From: Mayamaea pseudoterrestris
Lineage: Eukaryota
DNA: 64,000 bases
NCBI GenBank assembly: GCA_027923505.1
Contig: BROI01000019.1
Location: forward strand, 372,001 to 436,000
Direction: 5' to 3'
Shown here: piece after piece, positions 34,601 through 45,163 of the stretch
Position numbering within the stretch: position 1 is the first letter of the stretch
Layout: every line of letters starts with the position of its first letter
Program-made: the position numbers and the translations under genes
The notes under the pieces: generated by a model
The model's input: the letters and a program-made list of their open reading frames with translations, nothing else
Told to the model about the DNA's origin: nothing
Databases searched by the model: none

Positions 34601-36120
34601 GTCCTTTCCAAATTTTCCTTGAGCGTACGCGCGTCGGCTAATCCTTTTTCACGAGCTTCCGGCAAAGCACCGGACAAAATTCGATCCTGCTCGCATCGCT
34701 TTTCGAGTTTCAATAGCTTCTTGTGCGTCTGGACAAGAGAATCGGCCATGAACTGATAGGCGCCGAGACAATGTTGCGTTAACGATCGACAAACGTCTAT
34801 ATCGACGTTTCTGTTTGCTGATACATGCATCAGTTCAGTAATCAGTCCGCTAGCTTCCTCTAGCTGATCTTTGGGAGGCAACGAAATGGTATCTTCTTCC
34901 GCGCACACATTCCGTTGGGCCAAGGTGGTTTGAATGTAAGTGACCGCCTGCTGAACTGCTGTAGGCAATCTGCCAAAGATTTCGAAACCTGCTGATTTGG
35001 CGAAGGCCACCAACAAGCCACCATCCTGTACGAAATACTCATGACAATTGTCACCATTGTCCTTTGCTCCTGCAGCTTCCGTCACAACTTTTACAATGAG
35101 TTTCGAATCGTTCAACAAACCCACCAAATAAAACTCAACAAGGATTCTCAGGTTGAGTCGCTTAGTCTTAATATTCTGCCCATGTAGCAAGCCATCTTTG
35201 AGTCCTTGTATCAAGCTGGGCATGAACTCAGGATAACGCTCGTGCAGACAGACGCAGAAGGCGGCCAACGTATCGATCTCGCTCGCCTTTGGTTGACTTT
35301 CCAAAACATTCGTCACAAGCTCCTCCACGTAGCGCGTCAAATTCAAACTCTTTGCTTCCTTTAAAAGTTCAACTTTAGAAAAGCTCCATGCTGAACCTGA
35401 TTTGATCTTTTTGACGAAAGCCGTACACTTTTTGAGATCAGTTTTGAGCGTCTTTTTACTGGCTTCAAAGTTGGCTCGCGATTGCGCCAACACATCCTCT
35501 TGCAATGCCGCTCGGTACTCTGCATGACGGTGATAAGTATCAATCATAGACAGAATAAGTTCGCGAGAATGTTTCAGTTTGTTGAGCGCGTCTTCTTTTC
35601 GTTGTTTGATGCGTCGTTCCTCATTTGCCTTTGCCTTGGCGACGGCATGCGCTTCGAGTTTGACCTTATCGTTTGCTTGTTTCTCTTGCTCCTGCTTCGC
35701 AATGCGGTCCTTTTCGGCTTGAGTCTGTGTCGCTGCTTGCTTTTGGGGTACTTTAGATGACACAGCATCCTTCTTTCCAGTGCCAAAAGCGGATCGATTG
35801 CTCGGCAATCCGCGCCCTCCAGCTGCTCCCGTCGCAGTATTACCTCTCGCTCCTCCGCCTCTCCCATTTCCTCCTCCGCTGCGACTAGAAGCTATTGTTG
35901 GAGCTTTTACTTCAGTCTTTTTCGCATTATTGCTGTCTTTATCGTTGTTGCTACTGCTGGCATTGTTCGAGGAACTTTCCGCCGTCGGTCCTCGTCCTGT
36001 TCGTCCTCCTCGGGCAGTATTGCCGCCGCGTCGGCCCCCTCGCTGATTTCCGCCACCTCGGCCGCCTCCTGACGTCTGCCCAGGAGGCGGCTTGGGCTGC
36101 TGCTGCGGCTGAGACGCCAT
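31636..36120 (-). CDS. UPF2: Regulator of nonsense transcripts 2 (three MIF4G domains, acidic linker, UPF1-binding tail); no intron apparent
   Basis: LKTDLKKCTAFVKKIK, LNLTRYVEE, RLDLLPYYSRMAA, CLLETCGRFIYR, FQLLKKGNKGK. RGG-rich N- and C-termini. Confidence 0.95.
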   Translation of the reverse strand: MASQPQQQPKPPPGQTSGGGRGGGNQRGGRRGGNTARGGRTGRGPTAESSSNNASSSNNDKDSNNAKKTEVKAPTIASSRSGGGNGRGGGARGNTATGAAGGRGLPSNRSAFGTGKKDAVSSKVPQKQAATQTQAEKDRIAKQEQEKQANDKVKLEAHAVAKAKANEERRIKQRKEDALNKLKHSRELILSMIDTYHRHAEYRAALQEDVLAQSRANFEASKKTLKTDLKKCTAFVKKIKSGSAWSFSKVELLKEAKSLNLTRYVEELVTNVLESQPKASEIDTLAAFCVCLHERYPEFMPSLIQGLKDGLLHGQNIKTKRLNLRILVEFYLVGLLNDSKLIVKVVTEAAGAKDNGDNCHEYFVQDGGLLVAFAKSAGFEIFGRLPTAVQQAVTYIQTTLAQRNVCAEEDTISLPPKDQLEEASGLITELMHVSANRNVDIDVCRSLTQHCLGAYQFMADSLVQTHKKLLKLEKRCEQDRILSGALPEAREKGLADARTLKENLERTVEALADVLDQPVPHLVAGDDAAQGGGGGLEVWTKSGEGGENDFGPFGDAETRAFYTDIPDLLATIPPALLGSTAEQVEKRKEDNKKRFEAQHDEDVGDDGPSELLQMTEAELNDAEGDIMLADQANEAAEEENKDTPHYRLMMLLEQELPECHQRAQIDELTERFCTNHGSSKSARKRLIRTLFLVPRNRLDLLPYYSRMAATIDRIWPDVVAELLVSELEQQFHGQTKYKKNQHIESRFRTARYISELTKFSVAPPIVFLRCLRRCLDDFTGSNVDVLCCLLETCGRFIYRLNAQTNTRLTSLMEIMIRLSKAKNLDERSQSLIKAAMYSVNPLPAGPRKQAKEYPPLETYLRHLFLVDLDSSESSISSTVKQLLRLPWNDPSYDCAALVANLMLKACRKGRYKTIQAIASVAERIRAHRSAGEVSVKLIDLVVEELRWGIEHPDFRDQQRVLMYARLLGELFCSSQISGQVLLQHLYDFINIGHEIPHALRQASKKLVAANGDMSVTELPPLSGYKSATGISQTIQEDKELDDSELVTMDEAISAQPKPVAVSEHSVYDPRVPTPIDPPTSAYRIKLVCTLLDVAANLVVTRANLPRLKGFLAAFQRYLFIKSSLPVELEFSLLDTFDVLDSRWRQVTKSLPSNKNQSLKEEGFPRYSSWLDAHNATVAMEESGQLDETIRADTLMDAKSSSIALDDSMHDDESNSQLEDDEDSIESGQESVSDKVEGDLLSEGPGTAEQSAESSDDEYGEESSEDEEDFDEEAYMRQLEEEAFERELRKITMDALEKGKNLSRKQVAELMPSGSQISTIKKKTLDPTPAESLALPMSSTVNALGGKMGVNFQLLKKGNKGKIEIKSLIVPSDNKLAQIASKKDDEAIRERDAIKQRVLRYEAESANAEFTGGNVYLEQEKLVKIRNRLSMDDIDKNFGTSGGNLRLNAADTKPKPAAPSTPLPGRLGSAGFGGRGGPGRGRGGRFNSGGRTLFS

Positions 36121-36464
36121 GGTGGTCACATTGATGAACGCGCAGAGGCGGTCAAGATTTTTTGTGTGGTCCTTTCACGACGTCCAAGCGGTATCCCGTA
36201 TCCTTAACTTACTTACACTCAAAGTTAGCCACCATAATGGTATCGCTTTCGCCAATCAACTTGCTTTATTTGACTTGATTATTTATACTAAAAATTGTTA
36301 ATACTATAAATTCCTCCAACCGACAACCATTGTATAATAGGCTCTGCGTTGACAGTTGCATTGTCATACATTCGCCAGCAGACACTCCAATCCTGATGTC
36401 AAACAAAGCTACTAGTTTACAGCGCAACCTGCTCAAACCAAACATGCACAGAGACTACTACACA

Positions 36465-38402
36465 CTATATCATTTCGAACTCATTCTCGGCGGTCGCATC
36501 GCCGCCAGTGCCACCATCCATGGCAAAACTGCCGTCTTCATCGAATATCGAGCTCATGGCATCATAGTTGATCTTGCGCGACACTTTGCGCGTCGCCATG
36601 GCGGCCAACAATTGTTCCTCCGTCGTTGGAGGTGCTCCATCGTTGTCGCCATTTCCTCGCCTCGTTCTATAACGGGCTTGACCTTGAACTTGAACCATAT
36701 CTTCCTTCTCCATGGCCTTGCTGTTAGCTTCGGCAGTCAAGCGATCGCTTTCCTTGCGTTGCTGTTGTACCAAATAATCCTTATTGAGCTTGTTAAAAAT
36801 GACTTCCTTTTGCCGTTCCTCTTCTTCTGATCGAAACAGGCTATCAATTTCTAGATCAATTGATTCTGGCAAATCTTGCTTGAACTCACTCAGCGATATT
36901 TTAGACTCGGTCGGTACAAGCGAAACTTGAAGTTCCTCTGCAGTGCAGTAATCCGGTAGAACAATGGCCTTGCCAGACCGATTGCGCGGGTAAATAGTCT
37001 TCATCTCGTCTGGCAGCGTAGAAACGTCATGACCAGAGTAAAGGACCATTGACTTGGAGGTCGCATCGACTGCTGCAGGTTTCTTGTTAAAATCGTCATC
37101 TGCATTGTCGTCAACGGTTTTTATTTCTAAATCAACCAAAGACTTTTCACCGGACGCAGGCGCGGATCCCGCTTCAGCAAGCTCCTTTTCTAACGCACTG
37201 TATAACTCTGAGTGCAGCTCTCGGTTTGGGTTCCTTCGCTGGTGTGTGGCGCGCCATAGCGTCGCTCGCTTTCCTTCCGCAGGATTATCCAGCGCCCCCG
37301 ACGTCAGCAATTCAACGTTGCCATTCTGAATAGCCTTTGCGCGTGCTTCCAGCATCTTGTTGCGTGTGAAGACTGGCGGGTCCGCTTCAGATTCTAAATC
37401 AACTTGACCAAAGGTTTCCAGCGTTAACTTGGCACTAGGAGTTTGCTCAAACTCTTTGATACGTGTCGACACAGTCAGTCCACACACGCGAAGAATGCGC
37501 GTGACATCCTGATGGTCCCTACTGAAGCCATGGGCCCGCGCCGCAATTAAAAGGGCTGCGGCACAAATCCCAGCGGGCCGCCGACCGGCGACAATCCAGT
37601 CTCGCTTCATGCGTCCTACCAATCGAAGGGCAGTCATGGCCACGGCGTTGGCCTTCTTGTCCAAACCCAGATGAGCGGCAAAGCGATAGATGTACAAGGC
37701 TGGGTCTATAATTTCAAGCTTGAGTCCGAGCAATCGACGAAACTTGAGAAAGGTTGTTCCAAGAGTATATACGTTGACTTGGAGCACGTCTGAGAAATCA
37801 ATCAACATGTGTTGACTCTTTTCCTGTCGACAAGCAATGTAAAGACAAGCTGCAACGACATGAGTCGTCCTTCGCCCCTGCACAAAATTCTTCTCCACAG
37901 CGACAGTGAACAAGCGATGCGCCGCATCTATAAAAGTGGAACCCAACCGCAGCCGACTCGCCACATCCTGTATCCGACGACGGCCATTCGCCAGTGTAGT
38001 CTCTCGCGAGTCTCGTGAAAATCCAAATCGGCCAACGGTACTTCCCATGCCGCCTCGTCCTCCACCACCCGCCGTATACGCCTTGCTGCTCGTGGCACTG
38101 ACAAACTGTCCCACCATGCTGCTTGCACCACCGGCGCCTTCCACAAATTCAACAGCGCTGACAATCGCATTGTCTTCCACAACAACGCCGCAGGCAACGC
38201 AAACGCTTGCGCCAGTTCCACTGCTCGTCTGCGTTGGTTGCTCCAAGTCGGTGCTTCCGCAATTGGGACAGTAGAGGACCATGCCGGAATGATAAGTCGA
38301 GGATGCAGCGGCAGCATTAAACGAAGTTGCTCCCGTGTCATTGATATTTTCATTCATCGCTGTGCCAGCGGCGAACGATACAGATCGCTGCTGATCCGAC
38401 AT
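36465..38402 (-). CDS. BRF1: Transcription factor IIIB subunit BRF1
   Basis: Zn ribbon CPNCG..CVACG, cyclin folds (FVQGRRTTHVVAACLYIACR, IDPALYIYRFA, GRRPAGICAAAL), C-terminal SRKINYDA. Confidence 0.95.
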   Translation of the reverse strand: MSDQQRSVSFAAGTAMNENINDTGATSFNAAAASSTYHSGMVLYCPNCGSTDLEQPTQTSSGTGASVCVACGVVVEDNAIVSAVEFVEGAGGASSMVGQFVSATSSKAYTAGGGGRGGMGSTVGRFGFSRDSRETTLANGRRRIQDVASRLRLGSTFIDAAHRLFTVAVEKNFVQGRRTTHVVAACLYIACRQEKSQHMLIDFSDVLQVNVYTLGTTFLKFRRLLGLKLEIIDPALYIYRFAAHLGLDKKANAVAMTALRLVGRMKRDWIVAGRRPAGICAAALLIAARAHGFSRDHQDVTRILRVCGLTVSTRIKEFEQTPSAKLTLETFGQVDLESEADPPVFTRNKMLEARAKAIQNGNVELLTSGALDNPAEGKRATLWRATHQRRNPNRELHSELYSALEKELAEAGSAPASGEKSLVDLEIKTVDDNADDDFNKKPAAVDATSKSMVLYSGHDVSTLPDEMKTIYPRNRSGKAIVLPDYCTAEELQVSLVPTESKISLSEFKQDLPESIDLEIDSLFRSEEEERQKEVIFNKLNKDYLVQQQRKESDRLTAEANSKAMEKEDMVQVQGQARYRTRRGNGDNDGAPPTTEEQLLAAMATRKVSRKINYDAMSSIFDEDGSFAMDGGTGGDATAENEFEMI

Positions 38403-39308
38403 GATTGCTGTTTTTGTAACTGATTAACAGTTAATAGTCAATGATTGTTCGATATCCAATGGAAATTTGAGACGGATGATTTCGATAAAGAGCGAGAGTC
38501 ATAAGTATTCTTATCGCTATCGGCTTGAGGAACTGAAGACCCTCGAGTTTCGTGTAAATAGAAAGTAAATAGGCTTGCTGCAGGGCTCCCAAATCTCATG
38601 GTGATTTGCTCGGGTTTCACGGTCGCGACGCTTCGTCGGAGCGTTACTCGAGTACCAGTTACTGTCGGACCAGCATCAATCAACTCTGGTCGCCTGGTGA
38701 CCATGGAAATTGTGACGCCAAAGATCCACTATCGCTGCTGCTACTGTACAGCGGAGGAAGGAACCAACGACATGGAGTAGTAGCGTATCCGTTATAATTG
38801 CGTTTCGTAAGGATTTAACGAAATTCACGGCTTAGTACGGATCAAACTGGCGGATTGAGATTGGTACGTCATCCACAGGCATGAGAGTGAGAAGAAAGAT
38901 CGGTTCAGCAACATTCTCCCTTCGAAAACCTCCATATTGACAGCCCATGACGATACTCTTTGATTCCGTGAATCCCAATTTATGTGCCTTACGAATCAGA
39001 CCACAATTCTCCGAGGCTTGTCGATGTGAAAGAGTTGAATGTGTGACTAGCAGCTACGAGCGAATTGACAGTGAAGATGTGACGAGCCAATGATTCATTG
39101 TAAAATTAAAGTTTGAGATCACAAGGAGCCTTTGGCTCATATGCGTGATAACATATCCACAGTGAGGCTTTGTTGTTCGTCGTCCCGATGTCGTTTCGCA
39201 CGCTGCTCGCATGCGTACCGTAGCTTTCCCTCAACATTCTGCTCATCTCCACATCAATCGCTTTCATAACAAATCAAATTACAGGATCTCTGCCGATATA
39301 GTTATCTC

Positions 39309-40133
39309 ATGATTCATCATTGGACAGCTTGCTTGTTCATTTGGACGCTGGCTTTCGCTTGTGGATTCTCGCATCCTCTTGTCGCCCAACAAGGCCTGAA
39401 GGCTCGCCGGCACCAAGGTACGCTTGGGCTGCTCATTCGAGGCGGACAACAAGGCGAGGAAGCGAAAGACATGCCATCATCGCACAAATTGCAGCATAGA
39501 ATAGGAGAGGACTCTCAAATTATTAAATCGTCCGCTCCGGTCGCCGCCATGACGACTGCCCTTGGGTCCTTTGCAAGATTCTACGAAGGCTCGTTGGCAC
39601 GACGACCCATTGTCACCAAGAGCCTTACAGCTGGTTTCATATTTGGACTGAGCGACTTGTTGGCGCAAAAGATTGAAAGCCGAGACTCAAGTAAAACTAC
39701 CAAGTCAGTTTCGCAGCTCGACTGGTCTCGCATTCTCGCATCTGCTGCCGTTGGATTGTTTTATTTTGGCCCGGCAGCTCACTACTGGTACAACTGGGTT
39801 TTTTCAATTCTTCCTGGTACGAGCCTTGCGAGTACGCTACAAAAGGCTGCTTTGGGACAGCTAATATTTGGACCATGCTTCACCTGCATTTACTTTGGCG
39901 TCGGCTTGGCGCAGTCGGGCAAATTTACCTTGAGCAACTGGGTCACCAAGGTACGGCAAGACTTGTTTGGAGCATGGTTGGCTGGAACAAGCTTTTGGCC
40001 GCTGGTCGACATTATCAGCTACTCGCTGGTGCCAAAAACGTACATTCCACTCTTTGTTAACATGTGCAGCTTGGTGTGGACCATATACTTGTCACTGCTA
40101 TCGAATCGAAGCGCCAAGGCTGGAGCGGCATAA
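39309..40133 (+). CDS. Mpv17/PMP22 family membrane protein with signal peptide (ACG-F)
   Basis: PIVTKSLTAGFIFGLSDLLAQ, YFGPAAHYWY, FWPLVDIISYSLVP, VWTIYLSL. Confidence 0.9.
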   Translation: MIHHWTACLFIWTLAFACGFSHPLVAQQGLKARRHQGTLGLLIRGGQQGEEAKDMPSSHKLQHRIGEDSQIIKSSAPVAAMTTALGSFARFYEGSLARRPIVTKSLTAGFIFGLSDLLAQKIESRDSSKTTKSVSQLDWSRILASAAVGLFYFGPAAHYWYNWVFSILPGTSLASTLQKAALGQLIFGPCFTCIYFGVGLAQSGKFTLSNWVTKVRQDLFGAWLAGTSFWPLVDIISYSLVPKTYIPLFVNMCSLVWTIYLSLLSNRSAKAGAA

Positions 40134-40285
40134 GAAAAATGACTTTTAATATGTACCTGTAATGTATAGTAGCTAGTTTGTTTACAAATATCTTTTGCGT
40201 TTGTACGAGGATGACTGTCCCTTTGCAAAACCGTCGTCTGCACGAGCCATTCGCAGTGTTCACTCATCAAGTTGAGGCACGCACA

Positions 40286-41236
40286 TCATGTTCCAAGCAA
40301 CCGTGCAGCTCGTTCCAAGTCGCGGTTGAGATCAATCCACTTGTCGCTAGTTTGATTGACGCCTGCCAGTTTGCTGACGGCTGCCTCCATAACACTTTCC
40401 AATCCATCCAAACTTATGAGCCCCAGCTGCACCGCTGCCACGGCAGCTCCGACGTACGTTCGGAAAAAGATGATTGGTCTTCCATTGATAAGCTTTGGTG
40501 CTGGTACTTCTGTTGCAGCAGCAGCTCCTGGCTGATCCTTGACGTAGTGTAAAAAGACAGCCATGACTAATTCAGGATATTCGCGCAGCATGGTTTCACC
40601 GGCTTCCTGGTCAAGCTCGCCAGTGTCGCCCACGTATACGTATTGCATGATAGAGCCGGTAGGATCCTGCTCCAATAGCCGCTCAAAATTACTAAACTTG
40701 CGAAGTCCCTTGCGATCTTGAACAATCCATTCTGCTACACTACCATAGAGAACAGGTCCGAGTCCCCAGTTGTCAACCCCAGCTGCCTGGCCAGCCTTGA
40801 CAAAGGCTTGCGCAACGCTACTTGAATCTTTCAACTTCAATGCTCCCTTGAATTCCTCTGCTCGCGCTGTCAAAATGGCAACCTTTGGAGGACTCAATGC
40901 TGTTGGCGATGCAGCATTGACGCCAAGGCTTAGCTGCAGCATGAATTCCGCAACGCCTGGATAGACTTGTCCGCGATCATACTGCACGTCGATTCCTCCC
41001 AGCGCTACTCCGGCAACTTGAACGCCTCCGCTACTTTTGAGCGTGTCGTCCACGTCTGAAATGACTTGTGTGCAGACGATTGTTCGTGCCGGCGATGCTG
41101 CGCGGGGTGTCACGTTCAAAGACGATTTAGATGGTCGTAGGTCTTGTCGCCATGAGAAATAAAAGCCGTCGACTCTATAGAGACTACTAAGAAGTAGAAG
41201 TAGACATAATTGCTGGTAAATATAGTGCAAAAGCAT
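40286..41236 (-). CDS. HAD-superfamily phosphatase, App1 (phosphatidate phosphatase)-like, with signal peptide (VDG-F)
   Basis: ISDVDDT (DxDxT), ILTAR, YVGDTGELD, AVFLH. Hydrophobic N-terminus. Confidence 0.7.
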   Translation of the reverse strand: MLLHYIYQQLCLLLLLSSLYRVDGFYFSWRQDLRPSKSSLNVTPRAASPARTIVCTQVISDVDDTLKSSGGVQVAGVALGGIDVQYDRGQVYPGVAEFMLQLSLGVNAASPTALSPPKVAILTARAEEFKGALKLKDSSSVAQAFVKAGQAAGVDNWGLGPVLYGSVAEWIVQDRKGLRKFSNFERLLEQDPTGSIMQYVYVGDTGELDQEAGETMLREYPELVMAVFLHYVKDQPGAAAATEVPAPKLINGRPIIFFRTYVGAAVAAVQLGLISLDGLESVMEAAVSKLAGVNQTSDKWIDLNRDLERAARLLGT

Positions 41237-41430
41237 GCTGATTCGATGATCTCCTAGGAACTGAACGAAAGGATTTGCGATTTGCGATTTGCGATGCGTC
41301 GTCGTCTGCCCGAATTGTCGTGTCGTAGATGTAACGATGCGACAGATCCTTCACCCTCGTCATCATCATCATCACATTCTTGCATCATGCAAGTCTCTGG
41401 AAGTTTACTTAAGCATGCTGCAACGATATC

Positions 41431-42936
41431 ATGGATCCACTGCTAGCTCAACGAATAGCCAAACTTGTAATTGAAGATCACTACGAAAAGGATCTGCCGA
41501 AGAATCTGGGCAAACCCAAGCCCGACTCGGAATGGACTGTATTCGCCGCCATTGTTGCTGTGGAACAAGTTTCAACTGCAAGCGAAAGCAGCAGATCCGA
41601 GCCAAGCAGAATTTGGGTAGTGTCGAGTGCAACCGGAACCAAATGCACGGCTCAGACACGTGAGGATGGGACAGTGTTGCATGACTCTCACGCCGAAGTC
41701 TTGGCGCGCCGAGGATTTGTCAATGTTCTTTGGAAGGAGATTCTTTCAAGATGTCCAGAGAATAATCCTGCATCTAGTACATACACACAGCCAAAGAGCC
41801 ACTTTCTGCTGGAAGAAAAGGGCAGCATGTCATTCTGTTTGCGACAAAATGTCAAGCTCTACATGTACGTTAGCGACTCGCCATGCGGCGACGCTACCAT
41901 TTACTCGCAACACGCATCATCTGCATCAACAGCGACGGAAGAATTAGCATCACAAATTCAGTTTACTGGTGCCAAGATTATTGTACCGTCGTCATCTGTG
42001 GCGTCTTTAAACGGCATGAATCATTCTGACGGCTGCTTAATTCACTTAAACACGCATCATGCTTGCGCTAATGTCATTGCCCGGGAACCCGACGCTCAAC
42101 AACTTGGACGCCTCCGCAGTAAGTCAGGTCGTTCCGACTTGACAGCCGACCGACGAAGTATGTCCATGAGCTGCTCGGACAAGTTGGTCCGATGGTCCTT
42201 GCTCGGCTTACAGGGAGCCTTTCTTTCGCGGTTCATTTTGGAGCCAATCTTGTTGACTGGAATCGTTGTCGGCCGCGATGCAAAAACAGCAAGGTTGATA
42301 TCAGATGATGAGAAGAGTGATGATGCTCTTGGGTCCTCTGCAAGCTTGGAGACGTGCCAGCAGACATGGGCGTTGCAGCGAGCCGTGCCGGACCGCGTTG
42401 AGACGGCAAAGCAAGAGTTACGTTTGCTTGATCATTCTGAAAATGACGGCAAGCATCATGATCGCATTCAAAAATGGATCGCCAGTGTTAAGCCTCCTTG
42501 CGTATGTATTGTCAATGCACCAACATTTGCACGCGGCAAGGCGGCTGTGCAAGCGAGTGGTTTATCGCACAAGCGCAAACGCGATGCTTTACCAGTAACG
42601 CCCGTTAAGCAATCACCATGCGGTCTCTCATTAAACTGGCAGTGGAATGACAATATAGCGGAAGTAACAGTTGGCGCTCGAGGCATACGTCATGGTACGA
42701 AACCAAAGTCGTCCAACGATTACGTCAAGCTGCAGTCACGCTTGTCGCGCGCTACGTTTACACAGCATGCAAATAGCGCAAACTCATTTGATGCCAAATT
42801 CTCATACCATGAAAACAAGTGGAAATATGCGAGTGAGGACTATATGGCTGTCCGAGAGCAAATCTTCAAGACGCCGTCATTGTCAGCGTGGCTCGTCGGA
42901 TGTAATGTCGAATGTCACTCTGACAGACAAGGATAA
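41431..42936 (+). CDS. Adenosine deaminase acting on RNA, catalytic domain only (ADAT1/Tad1-like)
   Basis: ATGTKC, LHDSHAEVLARRG, PCGDATI, LRSKSGR, SMSCSDKL..W...GLQGA. No dsRBD visible. Confidence 0.88.
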   Translation: MDPLLAQRIAKLVIEDHYEKDLPKNLGKPKPDSEWTVFAAIVAVEQVSTASESSRSEPSRIWVVSSATGTKCTAQTREDGTVLHDSHAEVLARRGFVNVLWKEILSRCPENNPASSTYTQPKSHFLLEEKGSMSFCLRQNVKLYMYVSDSPCGDATIYSQHASSASTATEELASQIQFTGAKIIVPSSSVASLNGMNHSDGCLIHLNTHHACANVIAREPDAQQLGRLRSKSGRSDLTADRRSMSMSCSDKLVRWSLLGLQGAFLSRFILEPILLTGIVVGRDAKTARLISDDEKSDDALGSSASLETCQQTWALQRAVPDRVETAKQELRLLDHSENDGKHHDRIQKWIASVKPPCVCIVNAPTFARGKAAVQASGLSHKRKRDALPVTPVKQSPCGLSLNWQWNDNIAEVTVGARGIRHGTKPKSSNDYVKLQSRLSRATFTQHANSANSFDAKFSYHENKWKYASEDYMAVREQIFKTPSLSAWLVGCNVECHSDRQG

Positions 42937-42956
42937 TGTAATAAGCACGTAATTAT

Positions 42957-43556
42957 TTATAAAGGAAGGTACCCGCCAGTTTCATTTCTATACACTTGTC
43001 CAGAAAGCTGTAGCTCCTCCATCATTTTGGCGACAATCGCTTCTGACACATCCAAAACAAGCGCCAACTCGATTAACGTCACTCCATTCTTGTTGCCGAC
43101 CATGGCTTCGGAGCTAATAATTTGAAACAAGTCGTCGGGTTGAATGGAACGACTCGGATAGCCAAGTGATGTGCTTGCGTCCTTTGGATGCAACTGTGTA
43201 TGAACGATTTCCAGCCATCGTAACGTTTGTGCGTTTGGATCGTCGACTCGGGCGAGTTGCTTGACGAATAACGTCGGATCAGAGCTATTCATACTTCCAT
43301 TTCGTTCAAAACTTGCAATGCATTCGACGACGTTTCCTTGCACAAGATCTATTTGTCGAATCATGGACTGTAAGGCTATAACGAAACGTTGGTCTGTTCC
43401 ATCGTCGATCAGAATTTGTGCATATGATTCGTCTGACTCGTCGTCTGCTTGGATGGCCACGACTGTTCCCATGAGTCGAAAGAGTCGCTTGGAAGCCAGT
43501 ATCTCGTCGGATAGGTCCGACAGGAAGCAGCGATGCGGACAAGGACGGATGGCCAT
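42957..43556 (-). CDS. OB-fold plus C-terminal winged helix protein (RPA32-like)
   Basis: LMGTVV..ILIDDGT...DDPNAQTLRWLEI, and C-terminal GVTLIELA...MEELQLSGQVYRN. Confidence 0.65.
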   Translation of the reverse strand: MAIRPCPHRCFLSDLSDEILASKRLFRLMGTVVAIQADDESDESYAQILIDDGTDQRFVIALQSMIRQIDLVQGNVVECIASFERNGSMNSSDPTLFVKQLARVDDPNAQTLRWLEIVHTQLHPKDASTSLGYPSRSIQPDDLFQIISSEAMVGNKNGVTLIELALVLDVSEAIVAKMMEELQLSGQVYRNETGGYLPL

Positions 43557-44144
43557 GGTGATTATGATGATAATACGACGATGCCATGTTTCCTAGCCGA
43601 AGCAAAAAAGGTGCGCTCATCAGTGTCGCGTCATAACCGGTAAGACGTTATCGCTTGTGCCGTCGCGCAAGATTGAAAATGCAAGGGCGATGGGCCCCAT
43701 TACTTTGCGTCAATAGCCATGATATAGTCGATAGAGTGGTTGCCACTACTACAACCTACCATACATGACATGACAAAAGATTATTAATGCATCATTGACG
43801 TGGCTCAGTGCATAATCAGGTATGCTCTGTAAATAAATCTAATACCAAGGTATTGGAGATTTCGTTCTAATCTACTTGCGCTCATCAATTGAAAAGCTAT
43901 GCCGAGAGATAAAGTATAATGGGCAGCATGTGCAGCTTGAAGATCCGTGAGTGTAGAGCATTCCAAAGTTTGCCAAAACCTTGTGCCATGCATTTCAAAA
44001 TTCAGCAACAACTGATGGACTGAATGATTTAACATAGCTTGCAAGCAAAACTTCATCATCAAAAAGAATGATCTCAGATGGATGACGAGGATTTATTGTT
44101 CGCGCTTTCGCTTCATTTCGAATTTGCTTTCACAGAAACCAGGT

Positions 44145-44594
44145 TCAAGCATTCTTCCTCATTGCACGGTACTCGACCAGCGCTGCCACCCCAAGCATTC
44201 CCATGACAATCTTGGTGACTTGTCCAAATAAAAGAGGCGTGTCCTTGGGAACTTCGCCATGTTGTGCCGCCAGTTGCATACTGGGAACCAAACGAACAAA
44301 GGCGAGTGACATGCAGGCGCAATACGAGCTTGCAGCAAAGACTCGGACGCGCGGCTCCGTGTTCCAGGCACTGGCAAAGAAGCCGACGGCGACCAGTAGT
44401 TTTGTAAAGCCAATCCAATCTGATAAGAATTGCAAGTTGGCTCGAATTGCTGGGGAAGATTTGTCAAAGGAGGCGAGCCGTCGGGGATCAAATTCGTATT
44501 GACCAATCGACTTCCCTCGGCTCCAGATCATGATCGTGTCGACAACCTCTAAAGTACCCAATATTGAAGCCGTAATGCTATAAAGCAGAGACAT
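44145..44594 (-). CDS. Small multi-pass membrane protein of unknown function (start uncertain)
   Basis: About four hydrophobic helices in a 150-aa ORF from ATG 44594; the frame stays open further upstream. Confidence 0.6.
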   Translation of the reverse strand: MSLLYSITASILGTLEVVDTIMIWSRGKSIGQYEFDPRRLASFDKSSPAIRANLQFLSDWIGFTKLLVAVGFFASAWNTEPRVRVFAASSYCACMSLAFVRLVPSMQLAAQHGEVPKDTPLLFGQVTKIVMGMLGVAALVEYRAMRKNA

Positions 44595-45163
44595 GGCGCA
44601 AAAGCAGTAGAAGCCGTTTGCTTGGTGTACCCACAGTAATAGATGAATGACGAGCGAAGAGCGATGAGCAATTGAGGTGCGAAAGGCGAGGAGCAAGCGT
44701 TGCGTCAATTTAACACATGCGGGAAAGTGAGCACTCCATGCAAGCACCAATAAATCTGTTGCTAAGATGTTGACAGGAGCCGTAAAATGACATGCAGAAA
44801 TTAGTGTTTCGGGTGGTACGACATCGTCCTTCGACCATCATCGTCCATCGCTTGATGTTTGTGGACGAGCCAATTGTCACCATGCCGTGTCGCACAGGTT
44901 TTGCAACAGTGCATCGCCAGTTAACACATCCGCGGGGCCGGGAGGTGGCAGGATCAATGGTCCCAGCTCACGTGTAGCATCAGTTGTTTGGGAGGGTAAA
45001 TATCCATACAGTAACCAGCTACACGGTGCTACAGTGTGTGGCCTTTAATGACTACCCCCAATAGCTTACTGCAGCAAGCTCAATATAGTGATCTGCAACA
45101 AAATGTATACCAATGAGTTTCAGCATGTAAGTTTGAGGTAAAACTACGGAATGAGTCCTCCTT

